This document shows, piece by piece, positions 57,955 to 64,000 of a stretch of DNA of 64,000 bases (within the stretch, counting starts at the first letter, position 1; each line of letters starts with the position of its first letter). Below the pieces are notes generated by a model, which was not told the origin of the DNA, did not search any database, and saw only the letters and a list, made by a program, of their open reading frames with translations. This DNA is from an uncultured Dehalococcoidia bacterium (GTDB lineage: Bacteria; Chloroflexota; Dehalococcoidia; Lucifugimonadales; UBA3495): NCBI GenBank assembly GCA_964629875.1, contig CAZVRK010000008.1, positions 13,212-77,211 on the forward strand. Reading direction: 5' to 3'. The position numbers and the translations under genes were made by a program.

Positions 57955-58791
57955 ATGACACAACAATCCAAACCGCTTACTCCGGACCAAGTTAAACGAT
58001 ATAGTCGCCACATCATTATGAACGACGTCGGAAGTAGCGGACAACGAAAACTAATGGAATCGAAAGCATTAATCATTGGAGCCGGAGGTTTAGGCTCTCC
58101 AGCAGCTGTATATTTGTCCCTAGCAGGCGTTGGAACAGTTGGTATGGTGGATTTCGACGTCGTAGAACTTTCTAACTTGCAGAGGCAAATACTACACCAT
58201 ACTCCAGATGTGGGAAGGCCGAAATTAGAGTCCGGAAAAGACAATCTGTTAGCCTACAATCCCGACATAAACGTTGTTCTGCACGAAGTAAGGCTAGAGT
58301 CCGATAATGCCATGGACATCATTAGTCAGTACGATCTCGTAATTAACGGCGCTGACAACTTCGCCACTAGGTACCTTGTGAATGACGCCTGTTACCTTTT
58401 GAATAAGCCTCTAGTAGATGGCAGCATACTTATCTTTGACGGCCAGGCTACTGTGTTTGTTCCCGGCGAAGGATGTTACAGATGCTTATTCCCATCACCT
58501 CCTCCTCCTGGCATGGTTCCTAACTGTGCTGAGGCAGGAGTACTAGGCGCTCTAACAGGACTCGTGGGAAGTATACAAGCGACAGAAGCCTTAAAATACT
58601 TCTTAGGAATTGGAGAAAGCTTAATATCTAGGTTACTACTGGTAGACGCTCTATCCATGACATTCAGAGAGGTTAAGCTAAAGCGCAATCCACAGTGCCC
58701 GCTTTGTGGCGACAATCCAACGGTAACAGAATTGATTGATTACGAAATCTTCTGTGGAGTCGGCAGTCCTGAGGAAATGGGCGTCATTTAG
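57955..58791 (+). CDS. ThiF/MoeB/HesA-family adenylyltransferase (sulfur-carrier-protein activating E1-like enzyme)
   Basis: YSRHI......G..GQ.KL....ALIIGAGGLGSPAAVYLSLAGVG.VGMVDFD.VELSNLQRQ, plus zinc CxxC pairs (CYRC, CPLC). No rhodanese domain. Confidence 0.85.
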   Translation: MTQQSKPLTPDQVKRYSRHIIMNDVGSSGQRKLMESKALIIGAGGLGSPAAVYLSLAGVGTVGMVDFDVVELSNLQRQILHHTPDVGRPKLESGKDNLLAYNPDINVVLHEVRLESDNAMDIISQYDLVINGADNFATRYLVNDACYLLNKPLVDGSILIFDGQATVFVPGEGCYRCLFPSPPPPGMVPNCAEAGVLGALTGLVGSIQATEALKYFLGIGESLISRLLLVDALSMTFREVKLKRNPQCPLCGDNPTVTELIDYEIFCGVGSPEEMGVI

Positions 58792-58862
58792 ATCGCGCAT
58801 ATCGCCTAGCGCTCTATAACATCTGACTACAATACAATATAGGATGGATAAAACCTTACAAA

Positions 58863-59813
58863 ATGGTAACTAAGCAAAATTATAAAGGCATTCTGTCAAC
58901 TATCGGCAATACTCCGGAAGTAGAGTTGGAAAACCTGAGCCCTAATCCGTCCGTCAAGATAATAGCTAAGCTAGAAGGGCAAAATCCAACAGGGAGCGTC
59001 AAAGACCGCATTGCCCTAAGAATGATCGAACAAGCCGAAAGATCAGGGGATCTTAGTAAACAAAAGACAATCTTAGAACCGACTAGCGGTAATACCGGTA
59101 TATCCTTGGCTATGATAGGCAGATTGAAAGGATATAAAGTAACAGTAGTTATGCCAGAAAATGTCAGTTCCGAACGTACTCAGTTGCTGGAGGCATACGG
59201 GGCAGAAATAATATATTCAGACGGATCTCTAGGAACCAATGGATCCATAGATCGCGCTCATGAGGTTTATCAAAACCATCCTAGCGAATATATCATGATG
59301 TATCAATACGGTAACGAAGCCAATCCTGATGCCCACTACCACGGCACGGCATTAGAGATAATTGACAGGCATCCTGACTTAACCATGTTTGTAGCCGGGT
59401 TAGGGACAGGTGGGACTCTAATGGGTAACGCTAGAAGGCTAAAAGAGCATAACCCGGACGTAAAAATAGTTGCTGTCGCTCCGGAGCCTGATGATTTCAT
59501 ATCTGGATTACGTAGATTGGAGGATGGCTTTATACCTCCAATATTAGACATATCACTACTAGATGCCAGACTCATGGTCGGCAGCTACGACGCATTCCAC
59601 ACTACAAAACGCTTGTTAAGCGAAGAAGGAATTTTCGCGGGAGTTTCCTCTGGATCTGTAGTCCACGCCGCCATTAGACAATCGGAACGCATGGAACAAG
59701 GCAAAATAGTATGTTTGCTCGCAGATGGAGGTTGGAAATACTTAAGCACCAGCCTCTGGACAAAAGACTACTCCGACCTTGAGCGCGAATCAAAGGGCAA
59801 AATATGGTGGTAA
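58863..59813 (+). CDS. cysteine synthase family PLP enzyme (CysM/CysK type)
   Basis: ...KLEGQNPTGSVKDRIAL.MI (PLP Lys), TSGNTGISLA, GTGGT, the Trp-synthase-beta-like fold. Confidence 0.88.
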   Translation: MVTKQNYKGILSTIGNTPEVELENLSPNPSVKIIAKLEGQNPTGSVKDRIALRMIEQAERSGDLSKQKTILEPTSGNTGISLAMIGRLKGYKVTVVMPENVSSERTQLLEAYGAEIIYSDGSLGTNGSIDRAHEVYQNHPSEYIMMYQYGNEANPDAHYHGTALEIIDRHPDLTMFVAGLGTGGTLMGNARRLKEHNPDVKIVAVAPEPDDFISGLRRLEDGFIPPILDISLLDARLMVGSYDAFHTTKRLLSEEGIFAGVSSGSVVHAAIRQSERMEQGKIVCLLADGGWKYLSTSLWTKDYSDLERESKGKIWW

Positions 59814-59890
59814 ATATATAGATCCGGAAAGGGATGCCGCCAGGCAGTTATAATACGCCAAAGCAATCGGTACCACTGAGCCAGGAAATC

Positions 59891-59919
59891 TTGAAAGTGC
59901 ATCCCCCCAATGATATACT
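59891..59919 (+). promoter_or_regulatory. putative promoter of the nusA operon
   Basis: TTGAAA (59891-59896), 17-nt spacer, TATACT (59914-59919). Confidence 0.5.
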
Positions 59920-59938
59920 CACCGAACATAGTTTAGTA

Positions 59939-59966
59939 GAAAGCGGGTTTAGCCCGCTTTCTTGCT
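59939..59966 (+). terminator. intrinsic-terminator-like hairpin in the nusA leader (or the terminator of the cysteine synthase gene)
   Basis: GAAAGCGGG-TTTAG-CCCGCTTTC followed by TTGCT. A 9-bp stem with a U-rich 3' side, 20 nt downstream of the -10 box and about 50 nt upstream of the nusA ATG. Confidence 0.55.
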
Positions 59967-60015
59967 GGTTGGCGACTACTAAGCTAGCTAAATGTGAAAA
60001 TCGGGGAGTTTGACA

Positions 60016-61656
60016 ATGAAAAGCGACTTCTTAATCGCGTTAACTCAGCTAGCCGCAGAACGCCACCTTCCGAAAGAGCAGGTTTTATCAGCGATAGAAG
60101 TAGCTCTTGCATCAGCATTTAAGAAAGATAGCCCAGCGTCTGGGCAAAATATAACGGTTAATCTAAATCCCAATACTGGAGATGTCAGCGTCTTCGCACT
60201 GAAAACAATAGTAGAGACAGTCGAAGACTCCGATCGAGAAATTACTGTAGTCGACGCCCAGTCTATCCAGAAAGGCGCAGAGATAGGGGCGGAAATTGCG
60301 CTACCGGAGCCATTACCTCATAACGCCAGTCGAATTGCTGCCCAAACTGCCAAACAAGTCGTCCTTCAAAAACTACGAGAAGCAGAACGCGAATTATTAT
60401 ATGAAGAGTTCATACAACATAAAGACGACATAGTCTCAGGAATCATAGAACAAGTTGACGGCAACCGTGCTGTACAAATCGATCTGGGCAGAGCCCAAGC
60501 TATCATGCCCAGTGACGAACAAGTCTTTAATGAACGATATCGAAAAGGCCAACGGCTGAAAGTCTTCGTATTAGACGTCCGGACTAGTCCTAAAGGACCC
60601 GAGATACTAGTATCTCGAAGTCATAAGAATCTACTAAAAAGACTATTTGAGATTGAAGTTCCTGAAGTGTATAACGGCGTCGTTGAAATAAAAGCGATCG
60701 CTAGAGATCCCGGATTCAGAAGCAAAGTCGCAGTCAACTCCACACAAGATGGTATCGATCCCGTGGGTTCCTGTATAGGGGTTAGAGGCAATCGAATCCA
60801 AAGCATAGTTAACGAATTGCAAGGGGAAAAAATAGACGTAGTCCCTTGGGACGATGATCCCAAAGAGTTCATCGCTAAAGCCTTGAGTCCTTCTGAGGTA
60901 GTACACGTAGAGCTTGAACAAGCCGAACAAACAGCGGTAGTAGCAGTACCAGACCGCCAATTATCGCTGGCCATAGGAAGAGAGGGACAAAACGCAAGAT
61001 TGGCCGCTAGACTCGCGGGCTGGCGATTAGATATAAAAGGCCTATCAGAATGGGAAGCGTATCAAGAAACCAAACAACTTCAGACTGTTGAAGAGGCAAT
61101 TGAGTTACAGACTGAGACAGAGGAGGATACCACTCTCACTTCAGACACCGTCGATTCAGAAGCTAGCTTAGTTACTGAACTTGAAACGGAAGAGACACTA
61201 GTTCTGGAGACCACTGAGATCATAGATAGCACTGAGACTCCCCCTGAGGAACTAGTAGATAATATACAAGCATCATCTGAGATTGCCCAAGACTCACCTA
61301 GCGAGACTCAACTAATAGATGAGGATGCAGTGCTTGAAGCTCTGATTAGAGAAGAGGAAATGACTGAGGAGACGAGCCAAGCATCTGACAATCAGGCATC
61401 TACTCCTGATCAAAGTCTAAGTGTAGACAGCTTACAAGAATTTACATTAGACGACCTAAGCTCGTCGGAGACTTATATCGAAGAAGATGAGGATACCGGC
61501 ATACCTGATGCGCCTATTCTCACCCCTGATGCGGGTAAAATTCGATTTGCCGAAGATATAGTTCCGGAGCAACGAGGCACAGGCAGAAGAGACAGACGTA
61601 GCCGAAGGAGTGGGCCAGCTGCAAACACAAATCGCCGCGGAGGCCCTGGCAGATAG
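60016..61656 (+). CDS. nusA: transcription termination/antitermination factor NusA with a long acidic C-terminal tail and Arg-rich end
   Basis: NTD (MKSDFLIALTQLAAERHLPKE...), S1 (..IVSGIIEQVDG..), KH1/KH2 (..GSCIGVRGNRIQ.., ..AIGREGQNARLAARL.GW..DI). Start set at ATG 60016 (GGGGAG 7 nt upstream). Confidence 0.95.
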   Translation: MKSDFLIALTQLAAERHLPKEQVLSAIEVALASAFKKDSPASGQNITVNLNPNTGDVSVFALKTIVETVEDSDREITVVDAQSIQKGAEIGAEIALPEPLPHNASRIAAQTAKQVVLQKLREAERELLYEEFIQHKDDIVSGIIEQVDGNRAVQIDLGRAQAIMPSDEQVFNERYRKGQRLKVFVLDVRTSPKGPEILVSRSHKNLLKRLFEIEVPEVYNGVVEIKAIARDPGFRSKVAVNSTQDGIDPVGSCIGVRGNRIQSIVNELQGEKIDVVPWDDDPKEFIAKALSPSEVVHVELEQAEQTAVVAVPDRQLSLAIGREGQNARLAARLAGWRLDIKGLSEWEAYQETKQLQTVEEAIELQTETEEDTTLTSDTVDSEASLVTELETEETLVLETTEIIDSTETPPEELVDNIQASSEIAQDSPSETQLIDEDAVLEALIREEEMTEETSQASDNQASTPDQSLSVDSLQEFTLDDLSSSETYIEEDEDTGIPDAPILTPDAGKIRFAEDIVPEQRGTGRRDRRSRRSGPAANTNRRGGPGR

Positions 61657-61687
61657 TAATTTAGCAACACTCTCGGTAGGAGATTAC

Positions 61688-61923
61688 ATGAATAAACACT
61701 ATCACTTCCCCAGGCGGGCATGCACAACGCGGTAGTAAAATATCACAACGGAAGTTTCGTACGGATCGTGGACACCATTGAAGGCCACATTGTTGTCGAA
61801 CATTCAAAAAAGCCACCCAGGTGAGGACGCTACATTTTTAAATCAGAGACATACTCGCAGAATCAAACCTTACAAATGACATTAGCCAAGGGTCCACATA
61901 GCTACGAATTCAGAAGTGGATAG
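61688..61923 (+). pseudogene. ylxR: decayed ylxR (DUF448) homolog between nusA and infB
   Basis: Frame A reads MNKHYHFPRRACTTR-stop (61688-61735). The frame offset by -1 reads ..VVKYHNGSFVRIVDTIEGHIVVEHSKKPPR-TGA-GRYIFKSETYSQNQTLQMTLAKG... The pieces are collinear with B. subtilis YlxR as I recall it (MNKKKKIPLRKCVVTG...ELIRVVRSKEGEISVDPTGKKNGRGAYL...). Confidence 0.4.
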
Positions 61924-61986
61924 CTTAAGTCTAAGCGAAACAACCTAACACAAAATTAGCGCAGAATAGCATTACTAGGATCTGAT

Positions 61987-63807
61987 ATGACCTATGAAGA
62001 TAACATAACAAACCAAGACACCAGCCGACCTAATGAAGGCCGTGAGGCTAGAAAGACGCCAAGTCGCACTCTGATACTGCCAGAAACTCTAAGTGTCAAG
62101 CAATTGGCGGATCTCTTAGACGAGAGCGCTATAGACGTTATAAAACAGTTGATGCGTAGCGGTATTATGGTATCAATGAACCAGATTATCGACCATCAAG
62201 TTGCATCAGTAGCTGCCAATGCATTGGGTATACGTACCCGAGTAAACGAAGATGCCGCAAATGGTGCACACTTATCCAGCGAAACAGATTCCGCTGCAGA
62301 CGATAGCAACTTGATATCTAGACCTCCTGTGGTAACTATTTTGGGGCACGTGGATCACGGTAAAACGAGCCTTCTAGACGCGATACGACAAGGACATGTC
62401 GCTGAGAATGAAGCAGGGGGAATAACACAACATATTGGCGCTTACCAAATCGAGACCGCGGGACAAATCGCGACATTTCTGGATACGCCTGGCCATGAAG
62501 CTTTCACAGCAATACGGTCCCGCGGTGCTCGCGTTACTGATATTGCAATCCTCGTCGTAGCAGCTGATGACGGATTAATGCCGCAAACCCTAGAAGCTAT
62601 TAGCCACGCGAAGGCGGCGGAGGTTCCCATAATAGTCGCTATTAATAAAATGGATCTACCAGGAGCAGATCCAGAACGAGTCAAACGTCAATTAAGTGAA
62701 CAGAACCTACTAGTCGAAGACTGGGGCGGCGATGTCATATCTGTTGAGGTCTCTGCGAAAACAGGTGACGGCCTAGACACACTACTAGAAAACATCTTTT
62801 TAGTATCAGAAATATCAGAACTGAAAGCTAATCCAGATAAACCCGCCACCGGGGTAATCATAGAATCAAAACTTGATCGAAGACGCGGCCCTACCAGCAC
62901 TGTCTTAATTCAAGGAGGAACACTCAATATTGGAGATTACATAGTAGCAGGCAAAAGCTGGGGCCGAATACGCGCCATGGCAAACGATCGCGGAGAGCCC
63001 GTTAATAAAGTATTACCCGGAACTCCAACCGAACTTCTCGGTTTCAATTCAGTTCCATCCGCTGGGGACCTGTTCTCTGTATCAAACACCGAAAAATCAG
63101 TCCGCTCTATAGCCCAATCATCAGGAAAGTCATCTAGCTCGCAAGCATCCCAATCACGCGCGATTACCTTAGACGAAATAGTGAATCAAATTGACGCCGG
63201 TGATATAAAAGAACTGAACTTAATTTTGAAATGCGACGTACATGGTAGTAGTGAAGCTGTCTGCAAATCGTTAGAGCAGCTGACCGCTCAAGAAGCCCGT
63301 ATTCGAATCTTACACTCCGCCGTCGGAGGCGTAACCGAATCTGATGTCCTATTGGCCAGTGCCTCCCAAGCTATCATTCTAGGATTCAACGTACCAGAAG
63401 AACTCGGAGTTGAGAAAGTAGCCGAGCGAATGAGCGTCGAAATAAGACATTACGACATCATATATAAACTTATTGAAGAAATGGAACTGGCTCTTCAAGG
63501 AATATTGGATCCTACGTACCGCGATATAATTATTGGCCAAGCCGAAGTGAGGGAAGTTTTCCCATCTCGTCGTGGAACTCAAATAGCAGGTTGCCGAATC
63601 ATCGATGGAAGAGTAACCAGAGGTGCTAACATGAGAGTAGTACGAAATTCTGAAACGCTACACGAATCTGCTATAGCCAGCCTCAGACATTTCAAGGAAG
63701 AAGTGAACGAAATGAACTCAGGCACAGAATGCGGAATCATGATTCAAGGATTTAATTCATTTGAGGAAGGCGACATACTCGAGTCTTACCGACAAGAACG
63801 AGTCTAA
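61987..63807 (+). CDS. infB: translation initiation factor IF-2
   Basis: G-domain [31 protein letters not shown], followed by the conserved domains II-IV. Short N-terminal region (606 aa total). Confidence 0.95.
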   Translation: MTYEDNITNQDTSRPNEGREARKTPSRTLILPETLSVKQLADLLDESAIDVIKQLMRSGIMVSMNQIIDHQVASVAANALGIRTRVNEDAANGAHLSSETDSAADDSNLISRPPVVTILGHVDHGKTSLLDAIRQGHVAENEAGGITQHIGAYQIETAGQIATFLDTPGHEAFTAIRSRGARVTDIAILVVAADDGLMPQTLEAISHAKAAEVPIIVAINKMDLPGADPERVKRQLSEQNLLVEDWGGDVISVEVSAKTGDGLDTLLENIFLVSEISELKANPDKPATGVIIESKLDRRRGPTSTVLIQGGTLNIGDYIVAGKSWGRIRAMANDRGEPVNKVLPGTPTELLGFNSVPSAGDLFSVSNTEKSVRSIAQSSGKSSSSQASQSRAITLDEIVNQIDAGDIKELNLILKCDVHGSSEAVCKSLEQLTAQEARIRILHSAVGGVTESDVLLASASQAIILGFNVPEELGVEKVAERMSVEIRHYDIIYKLIEEMELALQGILDPTYRDIIIGQAEVREVFPSRRGTQIAGCRIIDGRVTRGANMRVVRNSETLHESAIASLRHFKEEVNEMNSGTECGIMIQGFNSFEEGDILESYRQERV

Positions 63808-63851
63808 ACGACACTCCGCATCATCAGGAAATAAGCTAACGACGAGGACAC

Positions 63852-64000
63852 ATGTCCAGAAGAACGGACCGAATAAATGTTTTAATGCGTCAGGAGCTGA
63901 GCGGATTAATTTCCAGGGAACTAAAAGATCCCCGCGTATCAGGAGTTATTACTATCACCCAAGTAAACACCTCCAGTGATATGCGGAACGCTCGTGTTTA
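63852..64000 (+). CDS. rbfA: ribosome-binding factor A, N-terminal part (runs off the right edge)
   Basis: Not in the ORF track as such. ATG 63852 gives MSRRTDRINVLMRQELSGLISRELKDPRVSGVITITQVNTSSDMRNARV..., the RbfA N-terminus. Canonical position after infB. Confidence 0.85.
   Translation, partial: MSRRTDRINVLMRQELSGLISRELKDPRVSGVITITQVNTSSDMRNARV

Noticed and set aside
57903-57957. A possible second short ORF in the moeB leader (TTG 57906, YTGQYFEVILLEVTRK, with its stop overlapping the moeB ATG).
   Set aside because: It has a non-ATG start 14 nt from the nearest SD-like AAGGAG, which is buried in the terminator stem. It has no regulatory-codon enrichment and is not needed to explain the structure.
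57873-58244. A 123-aa minus-strand ORF antisense to the moeB-like gene and its leader.
   Set aside because: It is antisense to a gene with clear ThiF/MoeB motifs, and it reads through the terminator hairpin and U-tract of the leader.
61822-61824. Considered that the in-frame TGA in the ylxR remnant might reflect an alternative genetic code or selenocysteine.
   Set aside because: Well-supported genes in the window end in TGA (for example the SDR at 4274 and pyrR at 22392). No SECIS-like hairpin follows the codon, and a separate frameshift is also needed. Pseudogenisation or sequence error is more parsimonious.

Overview
This is a gene-dense, moderately AT-rich bacterial chromosomal segment with about 70 protein-coding genes. 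I saw no rRNA, tRNA, CRISPR array, transposase or integrase. Housekeeping blocks: (i) a minus-strand pyrimidine operon pyrR-pyrB-pyrC-carA-(unknown 139-aa ORF)-carB, preceded by a clearly readable PyrR attenuator, with pyrF encoded separately; (ii) thiG-thiE-thiS; (iii) groES-groEL with promoter and terminator; (iv) a split hot-dog dehydratase pair followed by plsX-fabG; (v) an Rrf2 regulator followed by a leader, a ThiF/MoeB-type adenylyltransferase and a cysteine synthase; (vi) nusA-(decayed ylxR)-infB-rbfA. Between these blocks lies a paralog-rich catabolic repertoire: 3 luciferase-like (LLM) flavin oxidoreductases, 4 MFS transporters, SDRs, 2 crotonases, an acyl-CoA ligase, a tandem CoA-transferase locus, a haloacid dehalogenase, and LysR/Rrf2 regulators. 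That content resembles marine Chloroflexota of the SAR202 type, but this is inference from gene content only; no search was run. Most interesting observations: (1) an 18-codon Cys-rich leader ORF (MNTKITIYQYCCNCPHK) with mutually exclusive 1:2 / 2:3 / 3:4 hairpins and a U-tract upstream of the moeB-like and cysteine synthase genes, i.e. a trp-style attenuator tuned to cysteine; (2) a 761-aa highly divergent PEP-carboxykinase-fold protein apparently co-transcribed with a DapA-family aldolase; (3) an orphan larB translationally coupled to a flippase-like membrane protein and followed by a UbiA-type phosphoribosyltransferase and DUF362; (4) a CoA-transferase locus arranged A | B-A fusion | B; (5) a ylxR remnant between nusA and infB with a frameshift and an in-frame TGA; (6) a pentapeptide-repeat protein with a degenerate TIR-like C-terminal domain; (7) ThiS with 10 residues after its GG terminus. 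All functional calls come from motif recognition by eye in the supplied translations. Start codons that I moved relative to the ORF track are explained in the evidence fields.
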